Assembly: GCA_965202585.1 (NCBI GenBank)
Contig: OZ241827.1
Location: forward strand, 55,180,001 to 55,244,000
Direction: 5' to 3'
DNA from: Thalia democratica
Taxonomy: Eukaryota
Length of the DNA: 64,000 nucleotides
Both the position numbers and the translations under genes were made by a program. Shown piece after piece: positions 51,901 through 64,000 of the stretch. The notes beneath the pieces are model-generated. The model saw nothing but the letters and a program-made list of their open reading frames with translations. It searched no databases and was not told the origin of the DNA. Numbering within the stretch: the stretch's first letter is position 1; the number at the start of each line of letters is the position of its first letter.

Positions 51901-54900
51901 GCATCGTGGTGGGGCTGGTGTACACTTGGAAGATGGGACTGGTCACCATGAGCGTCACCCCACTCATCGCAATATCGTCGACGCTGTACTTTATGGTGAG
52001 TGGTTGAATGTTGTTTTGTAAGGGTGAACGCCTGATTGTATGCTAAAGTTTGTTTAATTTCTGTTTATAAGTTTAAACTGTATGTTTAAAATTGTTAAGA
52101 AGTTTGTTACTGTTTCCCCTCATAATTGCAAACCATCAACAACGTACATTTCACCTTATTGATCGCAATATCGTCAGTACTGTATTTCATAGTGAGTAGC
52201 TGCATGATTGAAACAAACTTTAAGTTTTAAATTTCGAGTTGAAACTGATAATGTAGTTAGAAATTATTCATAAACTTAATATAGAATTAATTAATAGAAA
52301 ATTATATTCTTTAAAACAATATTTATTAATTCAAATATAAAGTTACTTGAAGTCTCGTCGAACACTGTATTTTATAGTAATAAGTAGCTGCATAATTGAA
52401 ACTAACTTTTAAGAACTTGTTACTTTCAAGTTTAGCAAGGTTTTTTATTTAGAAACTATTAGTAAAACCTTTAAGAAAGTTGCATGTTGACTGATGTTTT
52501 TATAAACAACTTTTTGTAACTTGATTATATATCAGAAAATATGTATAAGGTTGTAAGGGTACAGATTTTTGCTGGCTTAATTAAAACTTTGTTTTTGTTT
52601 TTGTAAACATATACTGATAGATTAAATTTGCTGCAAAAGTTAATTTATAAGATTTTTTTTTTTTTTTTTCTTGGTCACAACAGTTTTTAAACAAAGGTTA
52701 AAAACATTATTAACCTCACTAAAATGAAAGTCTCGATATAAACATCGACACAGAAATTAAGTGTGACGTTTGAAAGAAGGAAAGCGTTTTGAAGTCGTAA
52801 ACATGAAAGTTAATAAACCGCTCGTACCAAAACGTATATCTTTTAATCAAACCGTATAATTACAAAAATTTCAATAAAGCCACGTAAGAACTAAGGGTTT
52901 TAGTTTTAAAGTTAATTAAACAAGTCAAAACTTATGAACTAAAAAAATAACTTGAAGAGAAAACTTTAAAAACCAATAAACATTGTATTTATCAAAAAAA
53001 GAAACTAAAGCTTCTTTTGAAAAAACTATACAGCTGAAAGATTGTTTTTTATTAAATTATTCTTTCATTAAGGGCATAGGGGTTCCGACATTTTTTTTAC
53101 TAAAAATAACATTGAATCTTATATGAATGCTTAAAGTACAAACTACAAGCCAGTTTTTATAGAATTTAAAAATCTGATTTAACTTTTGAGATATTGTAAT
53201 TTTTATAAAAAGTTTCCGATACAAACATATGGACCGCAAATTTTTCAGGGTCAATTTTCTCGAAAATTTAAAAAATCACTAAATTTCTATCTTCACCTTA
53301 ATTTTTTGAGCTAGAGACCTCAAACATTGAGGAAAAGTTCCTTTTATAGTTTAAAAGACTTTCAATGTTGGAATTTTAAATATTGAAAAATAAAAATTTT
53401 AGGTTAAAAAAACAAAAAAATAGGTGGTTTTATTTTAATAAAAATTTTATTTTTCTAAATTAAAAAAAATCCTGCATTCAACCTTTTAAAATTTAATAAT
53501 ACACTTTTTGTAAAAATTTGAAGAAGATTGCTTAAAAATGAAGGAGGAGATAGATTTTTAGTGAAATGGTCTTTTTTCGCGTTTTTAGTTTACGCCTTCC
53601 ATTAGGAACCTATTGGGGTCACCGAATTTGATCGCTCATATCTCAAAAATTACATTGAACTTTTTCAAGCGGTTAAAAATGTCTGATAGCTCAGATAAAA
53701 CTCTATAAAATAAGATCAACTTCTAAAGATCAAGCTGGACCCCCTATGCCCTTAACTAACAATATTTACTAACATTTCTAATAAAAAATGATTAGTAATT
53801 TTGTTATTACTGTTTAAGTAGCCTAAACATCGGTCACATATCTTTTTTTTTCTTTAATAAATTTTAGCTGGTTCGAATTTTTTATAACATCAACTTAAAT
53901 ACTTGCAATAGTAAATACAAATTAAAAGCTTAAATTCTAGCTGCTTTAGTACTTTGTTTAGAACTAATCAAATTTTAGTTCAACTTGTTTGTTAGCAATA
54001 ATTAATACACTACTGACTAGTAACTACAGAATAGAAACCAGGAAACATAACTAAATAAACTTGATATATTTCAAGCTGTGCTCATCCGTAGAAAACAAAG
54101 CTAACATGAGATAGGACTTTTTAACCTTTGAAGTAACAAAGTAATTATAAAGTAGTCAATTTTTTTAATAGCAACGCAACTAACGTAACTCACAGGTGTC
54201 TACAGTTTACACGAAGAAGGAATTGTCGGCGTACGCAAAAGCCGGCAGCATCGCGGAAGAAGCGATATCAGCAGTGAGGACGGTCACCGCACTTGGCTGC
54301 CAGGGCAGGTTCACCGACAGGTAACATTTTGAGGACAGTATTAGTAAATAAGTATTAAAGTTTTGGCAAAAAAGTTAAAAACAGATCTATGTTGCAAAAA
54401 ATATCGGTATGTAAGTATTAGAGCTTTTTGAATAAATAAGTTTTAAATTAAAGTAAGTCAGAGTTTAGATTTAAATTTTCTCATGGTTAAAAAAAAATAA
54501 AAAATGAATTTTACCTTAGATATATATTACAAAAACGTTTACGCTTAAAGATTTTTTGATTTTGAAGCTAAAAATATCAAACTTGGTAATTTTGTTAACC
54601 TTTTGCCCCAATACTAAGTTAAACTCATTAACTCAACAACTAGCTTTGGTTTCATTATTAATAATTAATAGTAGGGAAATGGTCGTATGACCTTTTATCG
54701 AAGCAAGCATCTTATTTTCTTGTGTTAAGTTGTTTTTAATGTGTTACTAAAAACATAAAGAAATTTAAATTTTCAACTTAAATATATAATTAAGCTTAAA
54801 ATCTAAAAACAAGTAATAAATTATTTTTTCAAAATACCTGAAATTACATAATGTTAAACTTTTAACGTAGACTCAAAACTAATAAATAACTTGTTTAAAA

Positions 54901-57900
54901 ATACGTTGATGGTGTTTATCTAGTTTCTTAACGCAATGACCAATTATTTATTTTTTTCTTAATACTAAATTAACTTATTGTGACTTTTATACCGTCTTTC
55001 GTCTTGTGTCATAAAAAAATTCTAATGCAGATGCACTGCATAAGTTTGTTTTACCTAGTTTTATTTATACCGACATAAATGAAACATTGAGTTGAAAACT
55101 AGATTAGTTAGGCAGCTGTACAGCGTTGCTTTTTTACTTACCGTTATACCTAATTGTGGTTATACAGCACAATGAGTATAAACATTTTGATATTTTCTCG
55201 TTCATAGATGTTCAGTATCATAATACGTATATTGCTAAATCTTAATCTAACTTAAACAAAACATCCTACCAGAGTCAACTAAAATAAAACATTGTAAACA
55301 ACTTGTATTTTAAATTCTAACAGATACACAGTTAATTTGGTAGATGCAAAAAAAACTGGTATTACCAGAGGTGCACTTACTGGATTAAGTACAGGAGCAT
55401 TATATCTCTTCATGTATGGTGCGTTGGTATTTTGATTATCTAAATGCTTATCTTTGGTACGAATCATAGTTTATAATTTTGAGTTTAATTATTTTTTTTG
55501 ATAAAATACTTAGTTATCAACTTTTGCAAAAAATTCTAAGCAACTGACATAAACTGTGGACTTGTTAGTTGCGTACAATTAAAAAATGAGCGTCTAACAA
55601 CTTTGTCACTTCTGAAGGAGACAAAATTTATATTTTATGAAACTGCACGTGTTTTTAACACCTATTTTACTTAAAATATGCTAGAAATTATGTTTTATTT
55701 TCCGACCAACATATTTTTCATTACTTCATCATGCTTTGCCTCACTTACACTTTTTCGTTACCACTTCAGGTGCGTACGGGTTAGCGTTCTGGTACGGCAC
55801 GTCTCTGGTGTTATCAGGAGAAATAGAAGTAGGTGACATGATGACCGCTTTCTTCGGAATTATTATCGGTGCCTTCGCGCTTGGAACTGTTAGTTTTATA
55901 TTGTTAGTTAATTGTTGAAGTTTAGCTTATAGGTAATACAAGGATACAAAGCCATTAAAAAAAAAACTACTTTTTGTTTACTTGAACAGAAACTGAACTG
56001 TTAATTTGGCATAGTCTGCTGTATTACTATTATTTCGAAAAAATGCTAAATTTCTTTTTTTTAACCATATCCTATTTTCTTTATTTTTACTCAAGAATTG
56101 ACTCAAGTTATAAATCTGTTCATGATATTTTCAATTAGCATTAAATACTTATTCTAGCTTATATTTAATCACTAAACAAACACCAACAAATTTCCGAATG
56201 AATTACTGACACGACAATCGTATCGCAGGCAGGCAGCTACTTCGGGGCGATAAGTGAGGGCAAGGCTGCGGCCGCCAAAATATTCGAAGTAATCGACATG
56301 GTGCCCACCATCGACGTGTTTTCCACGGAGGGGGAGAGGCCAACACTAGATGGCTCCATCGAGCTGAAAGACGTGGAATTTGCTTACCCTACGAGGCCCG
56401 AAGCTCAAGTATGTTAAAGTTGAAGTGTTAATCGAGTAAATTTAGTTTTAGACTGTTAAACTTTTATGAATGAATTGATGTAATGTAAGCTTGTTGAAAG
56501 TTTGCTACTTTGTAGAATTTTTGTTAGAAAGTTGTTGTATCAAAGTAATAAAAGTTAAATCTAATTAAGATCTTAAACGTTATACTTTTAAAGCTATAAA
56601 AAATTACCACTTAGCTAAGTTGAACCCAAACATTTTCAAAATGAAATTAAAACCTCTATTTTTATTTTGAGCACAACGTACTGCTTTTAAAAAAACTTAA
56701 AGCATAGATTTGTATCTAGCCCTAATTGATCGGTATTGCTTATTAATGTAGCAGAAAATCAAATATAACTAATACTCCAACAAAACTCTTTAGCAACTGG
56801 TGCTGATGTATTTGTCTGAAATATTTGACCATGTTTGCTGTGAAAAATAGTAGTTTCTGCAAAATATAAAATAAGAAGCAATCTATCTGGTTTCATGAAT
56901 AATTGAAACTATTTTCGGTCAAGTGCAGACGTTTTCTCACTTTAGTAATTTGTACGATAAACATCAACTGTTACCAAACTTTTATATTTCAAAACAACAC
57001 ACTTATACAAAACGTGGACTATTCTTTTATGTAGTGAAGTTTTGTTTGGTGTATCTATTTACTCTGTGACGAAAACAATAAACAAAATCCAGCATATAAA
57101 TTTTACAAACAATTTATCACCCTTACTTCTTTATGTGTCACAAATTTAATTCTTTGTTATAAAAAAAACTATTAAAAAACTACAACAAATAAAAAAACTA
57201 AGAAAAATTTTCTCCTAAATTTATAAATCACTCTTGTATAGAAAAAAAACTTTTGTTTGTAACGTTGTTTGACTAATCCGTTCAGCTATAGAGTTGAAAT
57301 AAAGTTGAAAGCTTTCAGTATAACTTTCTCTTCATACTGTTAGTTATATAAAATTGTTAGGAAGCTTCAACAAATGAAAAAAATACAAACATTTTCTTGT
57401 AAATTACTTTTGTTTGTAATGTTGTTTGACTAATTCGTTTCTATATAGAGTTATAGTTAAGTTTGAAAGCTTTCACTTAGACTTTCTATTTATAAACTTG
57501 AAGCGTTTAAGAACTGATTTGAATTTTGTCTTTGAATAAGGTTAATCTATTATACTACTTTTAAAAACTTCATACGCAAGCAAAGAAAACAGCTTAAAGT
57601 GTTTTAATACTACATAACGTTTTGATTTCTTACGCGTTAAAAAACCATAAAGGCTTTGAAACTTAGGACAGCTACAGACAAAACTTGAAAATTAAAAAAA
57701 AAAGCGATAGAAATATATAACAACAAGTTGTAAATAATCTTAAACTGTATTAACAGAGCTATTAAATTTGCAAGGTATTGAAGAAAGTGTCTTTGAAAGT
57801 GGAACAAGGGCAGACTGTGGCGTTAGTAGGACACAGTGGTTGCGGTAAAAGCACAATCATCCAGCTCATACAGAGGTTCTACGACGCACTGGTTGGTTAT

Positions 57901-60900
57901 TTAGAATATTATAATAAATTTTCATTTTTTTTTATTAGTTTAAGATTTATTGATTTCTTCTGTTGAAAGCTCTTTGTATTGAGACTATACTTCTTAAAAA
58001 TAATTAACAAACTTTAAAATGTAGTAATTTAAAGTATTTTTTTCGATTTTTAACTCAAGGTAGGGAAAACACCATGTTTTCATTTCAGTTTAACTAGCGG
58101 TACAGCTGTGATTTTAAAAAATTATTGTAATACATTTAAATTTTACAAGGTCATTTTTGTTATAATAAAACTTACGTAACTTTTTGTTTTATTTTTTTTA
58201 GCTTTATTAGCACAAGTGTGAAATTTAAGTATTTCAACCTTTGCAATGAGTAAAAAAATACAAATAATTTTTATATATCTATTGTTATTCAAGATCAAAG
58301 AAAACAAGTACATCTTTAAAAATATAACAATTTACGTAAATCTATGTGTATAGTATTAAGTTTATGATAAAATAATCTTTGTTTGTCTAAAGTTTGTCTG
58401 TAATGAAACTTATCATAAAGAATTTTATAGACGCTTATTTATAGATAAACAAAAGTTACGAAACTAGATATATTATAAAACAAATAGAAAACTATACTAA
58501 CATATTTTTTTTACCTAAACCTTTATTAAGATAGTTTAATGTTTGTTTTAAGATTTACATTACTGATTATTAACTTTTAATTGATTGTAATAATTTTAAA
58601 GAACATTCTGTGCAAACTAAATTACATAACAAAATAAACATTCGTTTTTTTATCAAGTTACTTTTGTTGAACACAAAATTTGTCTTTAATTTAAACTGCC
58701 TTCCAACTTGTAACAGGGGGGCGGCATCGAGATAGGAGGGGTGGACATCACCAAGCTGAACGTTATGCAGCTGAGGGAGCAGATCGGGGTGGTAGCACAG
58801 GAGCCGGTGCTGTTCGCCACCTCCATACACGAGAACATAAGGTGGGGCAGGGAGGGGTGCACCATGGAGGAGGTGAGGGAGGCAGCGAGGATGGCCAACG
58901 CGCTCAACTTCATAGAGGAAATGCCCGATGTTAGTTTTTTGAGTGAAAATATTATTTTATTGTTTTTCAATAAAAATACCTTTGCTATATTTAAAAACGC
59001 TTTTTTTCGTCTTAAAACTGTTTAAGTTGATTTACTTACGTAAAGTGTAAAAAAAACAATTGTTTAACTAAATTTTCAGCCAAAAATAGTAGCTTCAACT
59101 GCAACTGTTTATGTTTACTTACTTATTTTTTATAACTAAACACTATTAAAAAAAAAGTTTAATCTTCGCTTGAAGTCTACAAGCATTTAAATAAGTATCT
59201 AAAGCCGATAATCTTAGATTAAGTCAACAAAATGCTTTGTTGAATAGATTTTAGTTTTTAAAAGGCTTGTTGTGTTGTAAAATTTCACAACAGATTTTTG
59301 TTTGACATTATGCTTGTTAAATTGAATATTTTAAAAAGCAACATTTGAAGCTAGTCTTTATGAAGTAAATAATGTATAAAAAAAACTTCTTCAGATCATA
59401 GTATTAACCAGTGTAATGCATGTTGAGTTCATAATATTTACTTACGAAATCAAGTAATTTATAGGTTGGTTGTATCACGAAAGACGCATACAAAATTTTT
59501 AATTACGTTCAAACTAATTAAAACGTCTTTTTTGTAATCGTGAATGAACTTAATATGAGCAAATGCTTGTTAAATATAAATCTAAACTTTAAAACATTCT
59601 TACAAATTAAAACAAAATAAAATTATTAGATTTTTGGAATTTTATGAATAAATTTACATAATTGATAATTAACCACATAGTTTAAAAATCAATATTTTTA
59701 GTAAACAAATTTTAGCAATTCTAGTAACGAGCAAAAAAATATTACACACACTTTTAGAATTTTGATATTTTATTTGAAATTACGTTTGCAATTTGCTGAA
59801 ATAGCGTTTTTCATAAGCACTTTATAAGCCATATATCATGAAACTAGATATTAAATCTCGAATAAATAATTTTTATAATTTCGAAAAAAACTGTAACTAG
59901 TTATTTTGTAAAGTATTTTATGGTTTATTCTTATCATAGTTAAACATCAGTAACGACAAGGTTACATATTTCTTCGTAAAAACAATTACGCCAATTTGCA
60001 GTCCTAAAAGTCAAATTCACTTTAACTAAAACCGTTTAAATAATAGTTTTGAAACAACAATTTAAAAGGAATTTATCATTCTTAAAGAGTTTCCAATATT
60101 TTTAAGTTGCTCACTAGAAAAATTTATATGTATTGTATGTTTCAAAATAAACTTAAAAAATTAATGTATTCATAATAATACCAGTAATATACTTTATTAC
60201 AGAAAAAGTTTAGTTTGAAAAAAATTGTTTTATGTGTAATTATGACGTAAGAGTAGCGTGCAAAACACACATTAGGAATTTGCTGAAAAGCATGCTTATA
60301 GTTTGTTCAGTTATTTTTTGAACTGTTGTAAACATAATTAACTAGATAATGTAATTGTCCACTATACATTGACATTAAACAAATTTCATTGCAACATTTA
60401 AATTAAAGTTTTTCGTACGAACTCGAAGTAAAACATATTGTCTCATGATCTCGTATTACAGTGTCGTAGTCACGAAAATAATGACTTAATAAAATATATG
60501 AAAATTAGCAACGTACTTTATAAAGTTTTGTCGCAGAATCAAATAAAAATTTTGCTTCAAATAGAAATCTGTAAAAAAGGTACAAATAGTAAAACTATAA
60601 AGTTAAATAACTACCTTGAGATTATTATATGTTTTTTAGCTAAAAAAATATTATGCAAGTAGTTTCAAGATTAAAGTAATTAATTATAAATTTTGAAATA
60701 TTTGAAACTTCTTCAAATTTAAGAATAAGGTTTTGATTACTTTAAAAAAAATAAAACTGCATCTAAATAATATTTTCTTTAATTAACTCGAAAAAGAAGT
60801 CTTTGTAGCGTACAAATGGTATTTTATTTTAGCTAAGTTTTTTGACGCGATAATTCCTGTTTTAACTATCTCATTATACAAGGTTGTTTTTTTAACTTTC

Positions 60901-63900
60901 TTTATTTTTACAGTATTCAAAAATAAGTTGTTGAAACATGTAATAAACTTTTTATACATTTCAAGTATGTTGTACTTTTTTGTTATATAAATTTTAAGTT
61001 GGATTTATTTTATTTTTAATTAATAACATTATAAAATGTATTTGTCCATTCTGTGCATTAAAAAAGGTCTAAATAGGTTTTATAACACTGTTAAGTCAAA
61101 TAATGGTTTTGTATAAATTATATTTTTAAGTTAGAATTAACTTCTAATGCATAATATATGTAAATCAAAATATTTATAGTTTTTTTGTCAAAGATTATAA
61201 AGAACTTTCTACTTTACATTAAAATATCAATGTTTTTTATAATTTTATTAGAAAATAGAAACTTAATTAACAAATGTTCAACAATTGTTTTTAAATTGTT
61301 CAGAAATTTGACACCCTGGTGGGAGAGGGGGGCGGTCAGATGTCTGGGGGCCAGAAGCAGCGGGTTGCCATAGCGAGGGCCATCCTGAGAAACCCCAAAA
61401 TATTGTTGCTGGATGAAGCTACGTCGGCGCTCGACAACGAATCAGAAGCCATCGTCCAATCGGCCCTCGATAAAGCTTCTAAAGGTGTGAAATAAAGGGT
61501 GTTGAGTTATTTTAAAATGATTGATGTTTTAGAATCAGAATAAAATGTTTTTCAAATTTTTGGTTTGTTTTAAGGTGTGCATAGTTTATTTAAACTCGTG
61601 ATAAATTTTTCAAATATTCATAAACATTACTTAGTGCTCACAAAATAAAACAGTTTATGATCTAAACAAAAAACAAAAAATTTATTAGGTAAACAGTAGC
61701 TTATTACATAAAACTGATTTGTATTTTGTAGCTGAATTTTGGATTCAAAAAAAGATGCATTTTTGGTTTAAAGATTTTTTTTTTGGTTGCACAGTTTGTT
61801 TAACTGGTTTTTAATTTTGTAAATAGTTATAACTGCATTAAGTTACTTAACTAAAAAAATTTTTTTTAAAGACTACTAAAATATTTGTAAAGTTTATTAA
61901 ACAGTTGGTTGTTACCACATTTTTTCTCCCAGGACGAACGACGATCATAGTGGCACACAGGCTGTCCACTGTGCGCAACAGTGACGTCATAATCGCATTC
62001 GACGGCGGCAGGGTGGTGGAGCGTGGCACGCACGAGGAACTCCAGTCGCTTGGTGGCGTCTACTCGAAACTGTGCAAGGCGCAGCAGTTCATTCACAAGC
62101 TCGATGAAGGGGAAGTTACCGAAGGTGAGAAAAAAGAAGAGGAAGATAAAAAAGATGCAGGTTTTTTGTATGAATTTTTACTGGTTATTAGAATCATTCG
62201 AATCATTTTGTAGTATACATCTCAGTAAACTAATTGAAAAAGTACTTTCATTTAAACAAAAAATGTTTTATAAAAACATATTAAAACGAATTTATGGCTT
62301 TAGTTTGCATAATCTTAGCGGTTGTTTTATTTTGAAATGCATATTGAAAAGTTTGTTTTAAATTATGTTTGATATAAAATTCAATCAATCTCATCAATTA
62401 TTTTTACTTTTAAATGAATACTGTAAAAAGGGTAATAAAAAAACTTATACTTATATGTAGTTAAAGTTTTTCCATTTTTAAGCATTGTAGAATATATCGG
62501 TTATGCTCTTTCTTCCATATTACAAACTTATCAATAGCTCCAGTTTTCGACGAAGAAGTGAAAATTTTACCGAACCGAGTGAAGTCTTTCGAGAAGAAGA
62601 GAGGCGAGTCTAGATCTTCATCTAGAACAAATGAGGACAAGGAAGAAAAAAAGGAGGAAGAAAACGTTTCGTTGAAGAGATTGATTTACATGAACAAACC
62701 CGAATGGGCATACATGGGAAGTTAGTTTGTTGCTGTTTAAAGATTTTTAAATCTAAAATAAATACTTTACAAAATAAGTTTCTATCAAAACTGACAATAG
62801 TAGCTTGTCCTTAAATAAATTGCAACAACTATGTAATTATATTTACAATTCACTGTTCAACAACTTGTTTAAGTAAAAAAAACTAAACTAAAAAACAACC
62901 TTGTTTGATGGCTAGCATTGTATAAAAAAACACTTTCCATAAACTACCGAGCAAATGTACATTCATCATTAACTTTTCTGCAAAACTATGACAAAAAAAA
63001 TTACCTTGCTTATCGGTCTTAACTATAAGAAAAAGTACTGTTCATAAAATATTTACCAAATTTATTCACATTTTCATTTCAAACAGTCGGAACTTTGTTC
63101 TCGGCGGTGGCTGGGAGTGCGGACCCGGTATCTGCCATCGTCTTCGCTCAATTTCTCACCATTTTCACCTTAGGCGACCCGGACGAGCAGACGAGGCTGT
63201 CGATAGTGTACGCGGGCGCCTTCGTCGGGGTCGGGGCCGCCGCTTTCATCTCTTACACGATGGAGGTTTGATGTGTAGTAGATGTTGTGTAATATTTTGA
63301 AAATTTATGGTATTTATTAGTTTATTAAATGTTGTAAAAAAATGTTAAAACTAGCTATGAGTTATAAATGCATAAAAAACTCACGTTGGATATTTTGTAG
63401 AATGTATAGTAGTAACTGTTAAAGTTTGAATGTTTTAACTTGTCCGTAAAGTACTGAAGAAGAAAAACGTTCTTGTTGAAATTAGCTATGAGATATAACG
63501 TGGTAGGGAAAAACGTTAAAGCTGCAATTTGTTTTTATCACTTAATAAGTTAACGACTAGCTTAATTTACATACAGTATCGAAGTTGAAAACTTTAGTTT
63601 TCTACATCGTAAAAACTACAAAAACATTATTTTCAACACTTATTAAATAGTCTATAAATCAATATACTCAAAAATTTATTGTTTACAATCAGGCGACGCT
63701 GTTCACAAAAGCTGGTATGGAGCTGACTACGAGACTGCGCAAGAAGACTTTCGCGGCCATTCTGAGGCAGGAAACGTCGTTTTTCGACAACCCCGACAAC
63801 AACTCTGGCGTGTTGTGCTCCAGGCTGGCATCCGACGCCACCAAGGTTCAGGGGTGCACCGGTGGAAAACTGGGACTGGTCGTCAAGAATTTTTCGTCGC

Positions 63901-63903
63901 TAG
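45991..63903 (+). CDS. ABCB1: ABCB1/P-glycoprotein-like full ABC transporter (TMD1, NBD1, linker, start of TMD2; continues beyond window)
   Basis: Exons 45991-46001, 46977-47094, 48857-49062, 50526-50669, 50891-50995, 51824-51995, 54196-54320, 55324-55418, 55770-55888, 56229-56408, 57775-57891, 58717-58929, 61304-61484, 61933-62160, 62538-62720, 63087-63265, 63693-63903 join in frame. Motifs: [46 protein letters not shown], Walker [10 protein letters not shown]-loop [58 protein letters not shown]. The 11-nt first exon is inferred from phase fit. Exact ABCB1 vs ABCB4/5 orthology cannot be decided here. Confidence 0.88.
51960..52410 (+). repeat. Two decayed copies of ABCB1 exon-6 3' end plus donor
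   Basis: ATCGCAATATCGTCGACGCTGTACTTTATG|GTGAGT (51966) recurs as ATCGCAATATCGTCAGTACTGTATTTCATAGTGAGT (52162) and TCGTCGAACACTGTATTTTATAGTAATAAGTAGCTGCA (about 52355), at roughly 190-195 bp spacing. Confidence 0.75.
53072..53751 (-). mobile_element. Kolobok-type MITE, copy 3 (opposite orientation)
   Basis: TTAA|GGGCATAGGGG...CCCCCTATGCCC|TTAA; 680 bp; interior is the reverse complement of copies 1 and 2. Confidence 0.8.
57250..57490. repeat. Degenerate intronic tandem duplication, period about 157 bp
   Basis: CTTTTGTTTGTAA(C/T)GTTGTTTGACTAAT..TATAGAGTT..TTGAAAGCTTTCA starts at 57250 and again at 57407. Confidence 0.65.
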
Positions 63904-64000
63904 GTAAGTTTTTTGAATGAAGTTGTATCTGTTTTAATTTTAAACACATAGACAAAAAAACTTAAGTAAAACTGATAGCTTGATTTATGTTATAAAAGTT

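Noticed and set aside
61340-61360. ABC signature MSGGQ (and helicase DEGH, LLTIQ) as signs of inactivation
   Set aside because: These are conservative variants within functional families; all catalytic residues are present and frames are intact.
3088-62361. Most ORF-track entries as independent genes (for example 3088, 3945, 5926, 7452, 16442, 38940, 40777, 53057, 60438)
   Set aside because: They are antisense or off-frame shadows of real exons, MITE interiors, or low-complexity F/L/K/I/N-rich frames typical of AT-rich non-coding DNA.
2477-63903. Widespread non-canonical introns (Fritillaria-style)
   Set aside because: Every intron needed for the four gene models can be drawn as GT-AG; the only GC donor candidate is the uncertain one at 2764.
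1-64000. CRISPR arrays, tRNA, rRNA, telomeric repeats
   Set aside because: No regularly spaced repeat-spacer array, cloverleaf with A/B boxes, rRNA motif or TTAGGG array was seen.

Overview
AT-rich, intron-rich eukaryotic DNA from an invertebrate animal (taxon not determinable here; no prokaryotic features, CRISPR, rRNA or tRNA seen). I assembled exon chains by hand, with reading phases that close. In order: the 3' end of an unidentified gene (+, to 1053); a ~30-exon ERCC6L/PICH SNF2-family helicase gene (+, 2477-21448); two tandem, intact 7-exon SDR16C/RDH10-like dehydrogenase paralogs (-, 25089-27589 and 34143-38641); and the 5' part of an ABCB1/P-glycoprotein full transporter (+, 45991 to past the window end). 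Introns and spacers carry three copies of a TTAA-flanked Kolobok-type MITE, several hAT-type MITEs, an internally deleted hAT transposon and a pogo/Tigger-like MITE. The most unusual object is a 316-bp-period, partly inverted repeat carrying a minimal type I hammerhead ribozyme motif (retrozyme or Penelope pLTR-like) in an ERCC6L intron. Other notable patterns: exon-by-exon GC3 swings from about 19% to 88% within one gene, about 55% GTT splice donors, many acceptors without a pyrimidine tract, exon-confined gene-conversion tracts between the SDR paralogs, repeated copies of exon end plus donor inside introns, and a one-base frame discrepancy in an unusual ERCC6L N-terminal extension.
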